This document shows positions 17,509 to 30,894 of a DNA stretch of 64,000 nucleotides, piece after piece. The notes beneath the pieces were generated by a model. The model was not told the origin of the DNA and ran no database searches. It worked only from the letters and a program-made list of their open reading frames with translations. Position 1 is the stretch's first letter; each line of letters starts with the position of its first letter. The stretch is from an uncultured Elusimicrobia bacterium (lineage in GTDB: Bacteria > Elusimicrobiota > Elusimicrobia > 2-01-FULL-59-12). The translations under genes and the position numbers were made by a program. The stretch spans positions 352,001-416,000 of the forward strand of contig OY969767.1 of NCBI GenBank assembly GCA_963702895.1, written 5' to 3'.

Positions 17509-17662
17509 TAGAGAATGAGTCCTGGGAGGGACGGCGGGGCCAGAGTAAAAAGCCAGTCGTCAGATCGTCTTCGTTATCAGTAAAGATAGCTCGTCTTCCA
17601 GAACTTTTTCTTTTTTGGCGAGCTTAAGGCAGTACCAGCGAGCGGAACAGAACGGAGCGAAT

Positions 17663-18421
17663 ATGAAGAAGAACAAGAAGAAGAACAAGAAGAAGAAGAA
17701 GAAGAAGAAACCAGAGACATTCCCGATCGAGTTTAAAGGGGTTGTTTTAGACCATCACTCCGCAACAGATAACGGATCCAGGCTGCTAAGGTCGACTGCT
17801 GAAGGTACACAGGAATGGACAGCCCCGACCCAAGCCCCGAAGACAAAAGAATATCTGCGCCTCGACTTCCCCGTGGACTATGCCTTTGATATAGACAACC
17901 TCTTCAAATTATTCCGGCCGCTTATCAAGAAAGGCAGAAACCGGCTGCGCTTTATATACAGCCAAAAAGCCCACAAAAAGGTAGACGAGCTGCGGCAATA
18001 TGTCGAGTCTGTGCAATTTAACTCAAATGACAGAGAGGATGAGAAGCAGCTTGATAATGCCTTTAAAGAGAGGCTCCTCGGTATTGAAAGCCTCGGGACT
18101 CGAGGAACGGTCTTCAAGGAAAAGAAACGCAGAGAGAAGATCTCCAAGCGCAGCACAGGGAAGACAAAGCACCGACCCCCAAAGGTCAGCCCTGCGCTAT
18201 GGAAGATGATTCGGGAAAAATGGGAGAGTTTAGATCATAGATACCCCGCCGAAGAAGACCGAAAGCGAGAGATCGGCATACTATATCGTGGGGATGGGGA
18301 TAAACACATACCACCCGATCCAGTATTTGCAGAGCACCCTGACTATGAGCGAGCCAAAGACCTGACCGATGACCAATTAAAAAAATACGCCCAGACCAAA
18401 ACATACCCGCCTAAGAGATAG
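17663..18421 (+). CDS. hypothetical basic protein with N-terminal (AAG)n poly-Lys
   Basis: Long ORF; MKKNKKKNKKKKKKKK; start uncertain. Confidence 0.55.
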   Translation: MKKNKKKNKKKKKKKKPETFPIEFKGVVLDHHSATDNGSRLLRSTAEGTQEWTAPTQAPKTKEYLRLDFPVDYAFDIDNLFKLFRPLIKKGRNRLRFIYSQKAHKKVDELRQYVESVQFNSNDREDEKQLDNAFKERLLGIESLGTRGTVFKEKKRREKISKRSTGKTKHRPPKVSPALWKMIREKWESLDHRYPAEEDRKREIGILYRGDGDKHIPPDPVFAEHPDYERAKDLTDDQLKKYAQTKTYPPKR

Positions 18422-18537
18422 CCGTTCCCACAACCCCATAAGAACCTAAAGCTTCTTTTTTCTCCGTCGAGCAAAGATCCCTAGAGATCTTTCGCGGAAG
18501 TCCGAGGAACCATAATTACCCCGTAAAGGAGCTAATT

Positions 18538-18831
18538 ATGACAACCCTCGAAGGCTACTCAGATCTCAACACCCTCGCCGTACTTCGCCTCATGCTGGGA
18601 CAGCCGCTCAAGACCGAATACAACGCTGGTCGCTTCTGGGCATATTACGACTCCTTACAGGTTAAACCGATCCTGGATAAATTTGAGTCTGGCGCTCTAC
18701 AAGTGAATGCGCTGCATTTCTGCAATGCCCTCTCACGAACCAAGGACGCTATTTTTGAGCGAGAGCGCTTTGAAAAAGTCTCGAACCAACGAGCGAACAA
18801 TGGAAACGATCATGCTCTCAAGATCCGTTAA
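18538..18831 (+). CDS. small phage/satellite protein (DUF5659-like)
   Basis: AAGGAG RBS; SDLNTLAVL...FESGALQVNALHFCNAL.RTKDAIF. Confidence 0.55.
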   Translation: MTTLEGYSDLNTLAVLRLMLGQPLKTEYNAGRFWAYYDSLQVKPILDKFESGALQVNALHFCNALSRTKDAIFERERFEKVSNQRANNGNDHALKIR

Positions 18832-18910
18832 CTGCCTCCAAGAATTTCCCATACAAACAAAAACCCCGCACGAATTATCGTTCGTACGGGGGAGTGAAAG
18901 GAACTACACC

Positions 18911-19108
18911 ATGTCCATATTAGCACGGCCACGCCCACGCAGCGCAATTACCTCAGCCATACTGGAAGCCCTGAGCTATCGAGCTAAGTCCTTCCTGCAC
19001 ACACACCCCGAAGCCTATCGACATTACACCTGGGTATATGACCAAGTCCTCAAGGAACTCGACCTCGACGAGGACAACGTCGCTATCCCCGAGGACAAAG
19101 CCGCATGA
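18911..19108 (+). CDS. hypothetical protein
   Basis: AAGGA RBS, ATGA overlap with rep gene. Confidence 0.45.
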   Translation: MSILARPRPRSAITSAILEALSYRAKSFLHTHPEAYRHYTWVYDQVLKELDLDEDNVAIPEDKAA

Positions 19109-20769
19109 ATAGCCCACATTCGCCCAAGGATCAAGAATTGCTCAGGCTTATTCAAGAGAGCGACTTGCAAAGTCAAAGGATCGACCGTGTCTATGAGCTT
19201 TGTAAACGGTGGAAAGACGGGACGAATGGAGAGCGTCCGAGTGCTTCCGATATGGGCGGAATGTTATCTGACATAGCCCAGCTGCCAGAAGAAAAGCTCG
19301 CCGTATGCAGACAGGCTATCGTTGACTCAGGCTTTCTTGGGCGTAGGGCACTTGAGAAGCGCTTACGTCAGCTGGCCCCCGAAAGACACGAAGCATCAAA
19401 GGCTGACAAGACTAACAAGTCTGTTTATTGCGCTAGGTTTAAGGGCCTTGTTGATATGGTCGAGGATCAAGGACGTGTCCGCTATTTGATCCGAAGACAC
19501 GACGGCGGTCTTGACGTTGCCGATAGCGTTGAAAGAGAAGGAAAAACGCTGATCCCACCTCTCAAGGAACATCTCGACTGTCTACTGCCGGACGTTGATA
19601 ACGTCAAAGCGGCTTATCTCACGGATACGCCAGGCCAGCTTTTCAGCGACCTAGTGCAGTACCACGACAAGATATCACAGCTTCCTTCCCAGGCCCATCT
19701 CCTACTGCTGGCAGCATGGGTCTTCTCAACCTATAGGCAAGAAGTCTTGCCCTTTTCTGGCTATCTGGCCTTTTACAACGTCGCCGGCCGCGGCAAGACA
19801 CGAACCGGCAAAGGGCTTATCTATGTCGCCTACCGAGGCACGCATACGGTCACTTGCAGGGAGTCTAATTTGTTCCGACTTTCCCAGGATCTCCAGGCCA
19901 GCATTTTCTTTGATGTTATGGATCTATCCAGAAAACTCGCCAAGAATGAAAGTGAAGACATTCTCCTGCAGCGTTTTGAAAAGGGCGCAACGGTAAAGCG
20001 GACTCTCTTCCCAGAAAAAGGCGCATTTGAAGACACCCGCACCTTTGAAATTTTCGGCCCTACGATCATTGCGACCAATGTCGCACTTCACAAAATACTT
20101 GATACACGTTGCTTTCCTATTTCCATGCCGTATGCAAGTAAGCACTACCCCGCACCAGATCCAGCTGAGGGCCTCAAATTTCGGGAGCGCCTGGTAGCCT
20201 GGCGGGCCAAACGCTTGTTTGAACCTCTGGCTGACCCAGGGAAGGTTATGGCCGGCCGGCTGGGGGATATCGCTATGCCGCTGCGCTCAATACTCCAGGA
20301 AGTGAAGCCCGAAGCTATCCCCTCATTCGATAGCCTGATTACAGAAATGCAGGAGTCCAGCCGCCAAGACAAGGCCGAAACCCTTGAAGCCAGGTTTCTC
20401 AGGATTGTCAAAGCGCTATCCCTAGCGAGCCTGGACAGGGAGATTCCCATAGCGGACATTGCCCAAAAGCTCAACCAGGGCGTGCAGGAAGACTCCAAGG
20501 CCTATTTAAGCTCTACCAAGGTGGGCAAGGTAGCTACACGCCTGGGCTTTAAGAGGGGCAGATCCAGCCAAAGCAGACATATCAGGCTAGATAAGAACTT
20601 CGAAGCCATGTGTGCGGAATATGGTGTAGAAGACACCCCCACAAACCTCCCAGAAGTGTCACAAGTGTCACAGTGTCATTCCTCGACGGAAGGAAACAGT
20701 GACACGTTACATGACACAACAGATCCAGAAGTGTCACAAATGGAGATCGACGGAGAAGTGACGCTATGA
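19105..20769 (+). CDS. replication protein, P-loop helicase-like (DUF3631-related)
   Basis: Walker A GRGKT, Walker B IFFD, IIATN, DTRCFPI; iterons at 3' end. Confidence 0.7.
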   Translation: MNSPHSPKDQELLRLIQESDLQSQRIDRVYELCKRWKDGTNGERPSASDMGGMLSDIAQLPEEKLAVCRQAIVDSGFLGRRALEKRLRQLAPERHEASKADKTNKSVYCARFKGLVDMVEDQGRVRYLIRRHDGGLDVADSVEREGKTLIPPLKEHLDCLLPDVDNVKAAYLTDTPGQLFSDLVQYHDKISQLPSQAHLLLLAAWVFSTYRQEVLPFSGYLAFYNVAGRGKTRTGKGLIYVAYRGTHTVTCRESNLFRLSQDLQASIFFDVMDLSRKLAKNESEDILLQRFEKGATVKRTLFPEKGAFEDTRTFEIFGPTIIATNVALHKILDTRCFPISMPYASKHYPAPDPAEGLKFRERLVAWRAKRLFEPLADPGKVMAGRLGDIAMPLRSILQEVKPEAIPSFDSLITEMQESSRQDKAETLEARFLRIVKALSLASLDREIPIADIAQKLNQGVQEDSKAYLSSTKVGKVATRLGFKRGRSSQSRHIRLDKNFEAMCAEYGVEDTPTNLPEVSQVSQCHSSTEGNSDTLHDTTDPEVSQMEIDGEVTL

Positions 20770-20782
20770 CACGTATGACACG
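20654..20782. repeat. iteron cluster (GTGTCA/TGACAC), putative origin
   Basis: GTGTCA at 20656, 20665, 20673, 20731; TGACAC at 20700, 20712, 20767, 20776. Confidence 0.8.
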
Positions 20783-20975
20783 TTTTTCCACTTCGTACTC
20801 CCATGAGGTATGGCAGTGAAGAATGTACATACGGATGGTTTGACCAATACCACAGAAAGCGCTAGAGTTGCCTACGCAATAGAACCTCTGGACATGGAAA
20901 TGAGCGCCGCGGACCACCACAAAGCCCTTCGACTCTACTGCCGATGGATGATCCGCGCCTACCAACAGGACCGCA

Positions 20976-24237
<3,262 letters not shown>

Positions 24238-24353
24238 GAGCGATCTTTGAAATTAACGATTAGGGCGATTTGGAGTGATGATCGGTATTGTGATCGGTAT
24301 GACACCTGATGACTGCTAAATACAGCGAAGAAGCTCTCTCTGGCCTGTGAAAA

Positions 24354-24752
24354 TTATTGATTCTCCATAACCATGATTTTTCGAACAAATAGATCGTCAG
24401 CAACGTAGCGAATCATCACGCGTTCGCCCGCTTTCAAGTCCGATAACGGAACACGCTGGCCTTGCCGACTTGCCCGGGTCCTTTTTGTGAGAATAAAAGA
24501 TGAAATCACCCCGCCGGCCTCTCTAAGTTTGAGCGTATAGCTTGCCTGGTCAATCAGTTCTATCCTGCCGACTGCCCTCTTCAGGAAAGCTTTGTCGATC
24601 CGATCCACTGGTGGCGCAACATTAGTTCCCGAGTAAATAGTTATAGCAGCAGTGGATTGGACAACAGCCCCAGCTGTGTTGTCTTCCGCACCAACGGGAG
24701 AATTCATCAAGGTAAAGAACCCCACAACAAGAAAAACTCTGCCAATTTTCAT
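24354..24752 (-). CDS. exported OB-fold-like protein (DUF5666-like)
   Basis: Signal peptide; LSDLKAGERVMIRY. Confidence 0.6.
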   Translation of the reverse strand: MKIGRVFLVVGFFTLMNSPVGAEDNTAGAVVQSTAAITIYSGTNVAPPVDRIDKAFLKRAVGRIELIDQASYTLKLREAGGVISSFILTKRTRASRQGQRVPLSDLKAGERVMIRYVADDLFVRKIMVMENQ

Positions 24753-24888
24753 GAATGAAGTGTTAAGGATTGCAAAGCAGTCAGTGCCTTCCATCGCAAA
24801 ACACATCCAATCATTTTTACAGGTATTTGAGCCCTAGAAATCAGTGTGTTCCGACATTTTCGCTCGTCGTGCTTGACCGGATTTCTAT

Positions 24889-26517
24889 GTGACGATAAAC
24901 AGTCAGGTAGAAATGCATATTCCGGCACTTAAAGGCACCGTCCTCAGTGGTGCTGTCGGTCTGTCTTTACTCGTTTGGCAAGGCTGGCAACAGACCCTGG
25001 TTATAGAGGTCGACCCCCGTCTGGATGCCGCGGTCTTGGATGGCGTCATCGCAACACCGCCAGTCCATCAAGAACTCAGCACAGCCCACGTCCCCGCGTT
25101 ATTTGGAGGTTCTCGGCTAATCCCACCGGCAAGGTTACTCTTGTCGCTCGATCAACCGGCAAAGAATTATTCCGCAGCCATCCATCGTCAGACCTACGTT
25201 CAAGTGGTTGGCTTATTTCAGAATCTCATGCCGCCTATTTCTATCAAGGAAGATGGCTCACTCATGGTTTCTGAGGTACAAAGACTGTACACGTCCGATC
25301 CACTGGCTTTCTCGCGGTACCGTCAGGGGAGCCCTGGGCTTATACTCTTGCGAAACGAGCAGGAAGTCCTTGATCGGCTAGTCAAGGAAAAGGATGCCAT
25401 CGGAATTATCAATACCGACACGGTGACTCCAATTCTGAGAACGTTGACTCCTCCCATGCCGGTGCGGCTTTGGGTTGGCTGGCAGGCGAGTTCGTCAAAG
25501 GTATTGTCGGCGCTGGGTATGAACCTACGGCTTTACAGAAATGTCGCAGAGCTCCTCGCAAGCACTCGCATCCAACCCAAGCCTCGCCTTACGACGATGG
25601 TCGCCGTGGGCGATATCATGCTTGGCCGGCGCATCGGCGACGCTATGAAAGAGGCTCCCCGCCGCCGCGAACCGCTCTACCCTTTCACCCATACAGCGGA
25701 AGTTCTTAGGAGCGCCGATGTTGCGATAGGGAATCTCGAGTGTGCCGTGGCAGACAAAGGGACACCACAGCCTCAGAAGGAATATACCTTCCGCTCAAGT
25801 CCTACAGCGGCCACGCGCCTTAAGGCGGCAGGGATCGATATCGTGACTCTGGCCAACAATCATAGCCTGGACTATGGAGCGGAGGCATTTCAAGAAACGT
25901 TGACGCATCTGCAGAAGGCCGGAATTGAAACGGTTGGGGGGGGCAAAAACTATCCCGAAGCCCAGTCATCCAAAATCCTTGTGCTAAAGGACGGAACCCG
26001 TGTCGGGTTTTTAGGGTATACCTTGATCCTGCCCAAAGGTTTTGCGGCCACTTCCATACAACCGGGAATCAATTTTATTGACGATATCCGATTGAAAAGG
26101 CAAATCCAGCGCGCACGACGACGATCCGATGTCGTGGTTGTTCAATTTCATTGGGGGAACGAGTACCAGATCCATCCCGACACCACACAGCGCTATTACG
26201 GCCACCTGGCCATCGACTACGGGGCTGACTTGGTCATTGGGCATCACCCGCACCGGATACAGGAGATGGAATTCTACAAGGGGAAGCTTATCGCTTACAG
26301 CCTGGGAAATTTCGTCTTCGACATGAACCATCGCCCCAGGGTGCGGGAAGGACTTATGCTGAAGTGCATCTTTAAAGACAAGAAACTCCACCAGGTGGAA
26401 TTGGAACCAGTATTGATCGAGCGGGGGCAGCCCGAAGTCATCCCGTGGGAATCGCCACAGAAACGAGGGCGCGAAGCCATTCTGAAAGAGGTCCTTGCCG
26501 CGAGTCGTATGCTCTGA
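24889..26517 (+). CDS. CapA-family metallophosphatase-like protein
   Basis: AVGDIML, NLE, LANNHSLDYG, HWGNEY, GHHPH, YSLGNF. Confidence 0.9.
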   Translation: MTINSQVEMHIPALKGTVLSGAVGLSLLVWQGWQQTLVIEVDPRLDAAVLDGVIATPPVHQELSTAHVPALFGGSRLIPPARLLLSLDQPAKNYSAAIHRQTYVQVVGLFQNLMPPISIKEDGSLMVSEVQRLYTSDPLAFSRYRQGSPGLILLRNEQEVLDRLVKEKDAIGIINTDTVTPILRTLTPPMPVRLWVGWQASSSKVLSALGMNLRLYRNVAELLASTRIQPKPRLTTMVAVGDIMLGRRIGDAMKEAPRRREPLYPFTHTAEVLRSADVAIGNLECAVADKGTPQPQKEYTFRSSPTAATRLKAAGIDIVTLANNHSLDYGAEAFQETLTHLQKAGIETVGGGKNYPEAQSSKILVLKDGTRVGFLGYTLILPKGFAATSIQPGINFIDDIRLKRQIQRARRRSDVVVVQFHWGNEYQIHPDTTQRYYGHLAIDYGADLVIGHHPHRIQEMEFYKGKLIAYSLGNFVFDMNHRPRVREGLMLKCIFKDKKLHQVELEPVLIERGQPEVIPWESPQKRGREAILKEVLAASRML

Positions 26518-26518
26518 C

Positions 26519-27169
26519 TCAATCTCCCGAAAGAGAGAAGTGCATAAAATCCTTCTGCCGCCCTACCAGCTCTCCTCCCCATTTCCAGCCCGCCTCACGG
26601 AACGCCCTGTATGCGATGGAATCCTGAGTAACCGTCCCCGGCCGACCCGGCCGCCAGGGCCCGCCGCGCAACAGCCGGCATTGGGGGTTAAATTCATAAC
26701 AGTTCGTATAGAGGCCGTTGATTTCCGAGTTGATATCGATGGCCGTGCCAAAGGAATGATTGCTGAACTGTGTTCGGCGGCCACGGGGATCCACCGGTCC
26801 CTTGGTCAGCCCGGGACGATAGGCGCTGACGCTCTGAATTGGAAAGCCCGAGGTTTGGATTTTCTCGAGCGTCTGTCGGACGACTTCCGTATAGTGTTTA
26901 CAGATCTGAAATGGCGAAAGACCCGGGAGGGTCAGCGTCCCTTGGTCTTCTTCACACACGGTGCACTCCGAATGAGGATCCTTCTCCACGGGTACAAGAT
27001 CTGAATAAGGCTTTGCAACCTTGCGATGCCCTTCCGATCTTTTCGTGCGCGTGTTCCAAACCCATGTTGAATAGGTGCAGGTATTTTCAGAGTAGGCATC
27101 AGAGGAAAAACCGGTCAGGAATAACGCTACGGTCGTTAAATACAACAAGACTGTCCAGATTTTATGCAT
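26519..27169 (-). CDS. M15-family metallopeptidase (peptidoglycan peptidase)
   Basis: SAYR, SNHSFGTAIDIN, WGG..DFMHF. Confidence 0.85.
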   Translation of the reverse strand: MHKIWTVLLYLTTVALFLTGFSSDAYSENTCTYSTWVWNTRTKRSEGHRKVAKPYSDLVPVEKDPHSECTVCEEDQGTLTLPGLSPFQICKHYTEVVRQTLEKIQTSGFPIQSVSAYRPGLTKGPVDPRGRRTQFSNHSFGTAIDINSEINGLYTNCYEFNPQCRLLRGGPWRPGRPGTVTQDSIAYRAFREAGWKWGGELVGRQKDFMHFSLSGD

Positions 27170-27206
27170 GGCTCTCCTTTTCATTGCCTGTTGTTTGATC
27201 AAAGAC

Positions 27207-28472
27207 CTAAAATTCGATCCGCTCGGCCTGTGTACCCGGAAAATAATGTGCCAGGATGCCTCGGTAATCGAAGCCCACCCTGGCTCTTCCATGGGCTCCC
27301 CACTGGCACAGCCCGATGCCGTGGCCCAGGCCGTGTCCTTCGAACACATAGCGCGTCCCCTGTTTGGAGACTGTAAAGAACCCGCTCTTCAACTCGTGCC
27401 AACGCGTGGTGCGGCCCCAAAGAAGATAAAACTCATATCCTGAGAGCACCAGATTCCCGCTACCAAAGCGAGCCCGAACCTCCCGCACCCACCCGGAAGG
27501 CGCCGTTTCCGTCACTTGAAAATCCGTTAAGGCACCAAGGTCCTGGGCGTCCTGTTCGCTATTCCTCTTCGACGGGACCAGCGGCGACGTTGGCTCTGAG
27601 CCAACGCTCATCCGCCGCGGGTCCTCCCTGCCGAATGCCAGCAAGGTGCCGAGTTCGCTGCCCTCCATTTCCAAACGCCAGCGGTAATCCGGGGAAGCAC
27701 GGCAAAACGCATGCACGGAACCGGGATCTTGATCGGATTGTCCGCGCAAATAAGGCCGAGGCGGCGATTTCCAAACATCCTCAACGGACGCGGTGTGACC
27801 ACCGCAAACCGAATGAAAAAATACCTCGACCGGAGAACCCTGAAAGAAGAGGACTTCTCCTTGAGTTTCCAGGACGGCTTGCGAAACCGCCGAATTCGCT
27901 GCGCCGCGTCCTTTGTAAACCTGGCAATGCGCGAGATCGCAGAAGTCGTAGCCGTCTGAGCGGTGCCGTCTCTTGTTTTTCAGGATATACGTCCGCGCTA
28001 CGACAGCTTGAGCCTTCAACGCCTCCTTAGGCCAGGTCCGGGGGAGCTCTCCGGCGATAACTGCACTCAGATAATCCTCCGCTGAAACAATGTTGACCGC
28101 TAAGAGTTCGCGCGGCCTTATTTCGACTTCCAAGGCCCCCTGGAACGACCGATCGGGGATCCGTGGAGTGCTCACCTTGAACCCTGACCCGGCTTTTTGC
28201 GGATCAATGCGAAGCGCCCCCTGATACGTTTTGGACTCGGAGTCAATTATGACCATGATCTGATCGCCCGCTTTTTCAAGGATCGCGGGCTCCGAACGGG
28301 GAGTGGTCGTTAATGGCCGGCCGGATGCTTTGTCCACAATGCGAAGACCGCTTGGCGATGAAACAGAAAATGTCTGGGGTCGTTCTTTTTGAAACAATCC
28401 GACGCGAATCTCTGATGTGGTGGCCGGCGTGGCGTATAGCAACGACGCGAAAACGAAGGCGAGGCGCTTCAT
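27207..28472 (-). CDS. SpoIID/LytB-domain lytic transglycosylase
   Basis: EDYL..GEL, EALKAQAVVARTY, CQVY, GHGIGLCQWGA, ILAHYF. Confidence 0.92.
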   Translation of the reverse strand: MKRLAFVFASLLYATPATTSEIRVGLFQKERPQTFSVSSPSGLRIVDKASGRPLTTTPRSEPAILEKAGDQIMVIIDSESKTYQGALRIDPQKAGSGFKVSTPRIPDRSFQGALEVEIRPRELLAVNIVSAEDYLSAVIAGELPRTWPKEALKAQAVVARTYILKNKRRHRSDGYDFCDLAHCQVYKGRGAANSAVSQAVLETQGEVLFFQGSPVEVFFHSVCGGHTASVEDVWKSPPRPYLRGQSDQDPGSVHAFCRASPDYRWRLEMEGSELGTLLAFGREDPRRMSVGSEPTSPLVPSKRNSEQDAQDLGALTDFQVTETAPSGWVREVRARFGSGNLVLSGYEFYLLWGRTTRWHELKSGFFTVSKQGTRYVFEGHGLGHGIGLCQWGAHGRARVGFDYRGILAHYFPGTQAERIEF

Positions 28473-28515
28473 GGTTCGACTCCGCTCACCATGACCCTGA
28501 GCGCTAGTCGAAGGG

Positions 28516-30894
28516 TCACAACTTCCGCCTGACAAAAAACTCCAGAGAATCGAACTGCCCCCGACTATCCACGACCGAGAGTCGGTGACGACCAGGCGTC
28601 GGTTGAAGATAATGCGTCTGATCCGGTGAACCCTGTCCGATGAACACCTCATCAACGAACCAATAAACCCGCTCGGTACCGCTTTGGCTCTGGAGCATGA
28701 GTGGAATCTTTTGGGCTGCGCCCTGCAAAGCATCGGTCACGGCGTAATAACCTCCCGCCATTGGGCTGCGGATCTTCAAGCCGAGCTCGTTCCTGGACGC
28801 CTTGCAGGCAGGATTGTGCGGGGGCAAAGTAATCGTTGAAAACCCTTTTTGCCTCAAGAAGGTCGCGACATCCGGCATCCAGACTTCCGCCACTTTTTCG
28901 GTATAGGCATTCCTCGGCCCTGTCATACAGTGGGTACAGACTTCCACTCCGTCCTTCTTTCGAACCATGATTCGACGATGGACCGCACAGGGGTGATGGT
29001 GGCTGACCCCAGGTATGAAGTAGTCCTGAATTTTCGCGCTGCAGAAGGGCCCCAGAGGCTGACCGCTTACGGCGCATACTTCACGAACTCCAACGCGTTC
29101 CGGTTTTTTGAACCAGTGGTCTTCATACCGGGTCAGATCATTAAAAATGCTTACGACCAGGGGAGCCGCTGCCTTGATGCCGACCAAAGCGCTTGAACCC
29201 TTCGAATCAACATTGCCCAGCCAGACACCGACCGTGTAATCGGGATTCAAGCCGACCGTCCAAGCATCGCGCAGCCCAAAGGAAGTCCCCGTCTTAAACG
29301 CAATTTTGCCGCGGTTGGACGTGAACTCCCACGATTGAGGGAGATCCGGACGCTCGAGCTTCGAGAGCATCTCAGCCGTGATGAAGCACGCCTCCGGCGA
29401 GAGAAGCTGAAATCCCTTGTTCGGCCTGACCAGGTCCTCTTCGAAGAAAACCAGGTCGCGTAAACGTCCCTCGTTCGCCAATGCGGCATAGAGGCGCATC
29501 AACTCCTCCAGCCGAAAAGGGTAGGCTCCCAGCACGAGCGAGAGCCCAGCCTTGGCTGGTTCCCTGCGCGGATCGCCGAGGCGCGACTTTCGCACAAGCG
29601 CCGAGAGCCCTCCTTGGCCCAATTCGAACTCCAGGTTGATGGCGGGCACATTGAGCGACCGGGCGAGCGCCTCTTCGGCCGGGACGGGGCCGAGGAAGCG
29701 GCGATCAAAATTGGCCGGAATATACCCATCGTAATTGCGCTCGACATCAAAGAGGACTTTCCGTGGAGTAAGGACACCTTGGTCCATCGCTGCCGCATAG
29801 AGGAACGGTTTCAAGAGCGACCCGGGCGATCTTAAAATGGCTGCGCCGTTCACCTGCCCGCCATGGAGCGCATCGTTAAAATCCGGCGAGCCGACGTAAG
29901 CCAGGACTTTCATCGTCTTGTTATCGATCACGATGACCGCGCCGTTATAGGTGCGTTCGCTCCGGAGTCCGTCCATGGTCTTTTTGAGGAGCGCCTCGCA
30001 GTGCAGCTGAAGGCTGGGCGCGATCGTATAACGACGAATCTGACCTTCGGTGAGAGAGCGCGTTCGAATGACCAAATGCGGGCAATGGAAGGGGTTGGGA
30101 AAACGATTGCGTGGGAGCGGAGCCGAAACGTTTTTGGCGATCACCTCCGAAGAGATTCCCAGGCCCGGTCCAATCCGGTTCATGATCTTCGCCTTCTGGA
30201 TATGCGCAGCCTCCGGGTGCACATCCGGCCTGTATTTGTTGGGGGAACGCGGCAGCCCGATCAGGAGGGCGATCTCTCCAAAACTTAGGTGCTGGGCGGG
30301 CTTTCCGTAATACAGGTATGAGGCCGCTCCAACGCCTTCGATGTTGCCGCCCATGGGGATCATATTGAGATAGAGTTCGAACAATTCGTCTTTGGAGTAG
30401 GCGGCCTCCAGCTGCATGGCCCGGAACATCTCGATGATTTTGGCCTTCCAGGTGCGCCGCTTGGGTTCCATGAGCTTTGCGATCTGCATGGTCAAGGTCG
30501 AGCCGCCCATCGTCACGCGCCTGCGCCGCAGATTACCCGCGGCGCTCCGTGCCAATGCCACAGCGTTCACGCCGGGGTGATAAAAGAAGTAGCGGTCCTC
30601 GTACAGCAGAAATCCCTTCTTCAAATTTTCATCAATCTGGGAGAGCGGAAGACGGATCCGATATTTGTCGCGGGGAGACAGCGAGATCCTCAGGAGCCGG
30701 CCATCGGGGGCAAGAGATAAGGTCGAATAATCTCTCTCAAGAACCTCTTCGGGAAGGGGGACGACCTTTAACGACAGCCACCAGAACGCTTGGAAGGCGA
30801 CGCAGAGTCCTGCCAAGAGGGCGACGAGGTACAGCGCTCTTCGTTGTTTGATCCCGTCATGCCCGGCTTTCCAGAGTCCTGCTGCATTTCTCAT
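28516..30894 (-). CDS. pbpC: penicillin-binding protein 1C
   Basis: EDRYF..HPGVN, GGSTLTMQ, SPGSLLKPF, SLN, KTGTS; adjacent to A2M. Confidence 0.92.
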   Translation of the reverse strand: MRNAAGLWKAGHDGIKQRRALYLVALLAGLCVAFQAFWWLSLKVVPLPEEVLERDYSTLSLAPDGRLLRISLSPRDKYRIRLPLSQIDENLKKGFLLYEDRYFFYHPGVNAVALARSAAGNLRRRRVTMGGSTLTMQIAKLMEPKRRTWKAKIIEMFRAMQLEAAYSKDELFELYLNMIPMGGNIEGVGAASYLYYGKPAQHLSFGEIALLIGLPRSPNKYRPDVHPEAAHIQKAKIMNRIGPGLGISSEVIAKNVSAPLPRNRFPNPFHCPHLVIRTRSLTEGQIRRYTIAPSLQLHCEALLKKTMDGLRSERTYNGAVIVIDNKTMKVLAYVGSPDFNDALHGGQVNGAAILRSPGSLLKPFLYAAAMDQGVLTPRKVLFDVERNYDGYIPANFDRRFLGPVPAEEALARSLNVPAINLEFELGQGGLSALVRKSRLGDPRREPAKAGLSLVLGAYPFRLEELMRLYAALANEGRLRDLVFFEEDLVRPNKGFQLLSPEACFITAEMLSKLERPDLPQSWEFTSNRGKIAFKTGTSFGLRDAWTVGLNPDYTVGVWLGNVDSKGSSALVGIKAAAPLVVSIFNDLTRYEDHWFKKPERVGVREVCAVSGQPLGPFCSAKIQDYFIPGVSHHHPCAVHRRIMVRKKDGVEVCTHCMTGPRNAYTEKVAEVWMPDVATFLRQKGFSTITLPPHNPACKASRNELGLKIRSPMAGGYYAVTDALQGAAQKIPLMLQSQSGTERVYWFVDEVFIGQGSPDQTHYLQPTPGRHRLSVVDSRGQFDSLEFFVRRKL

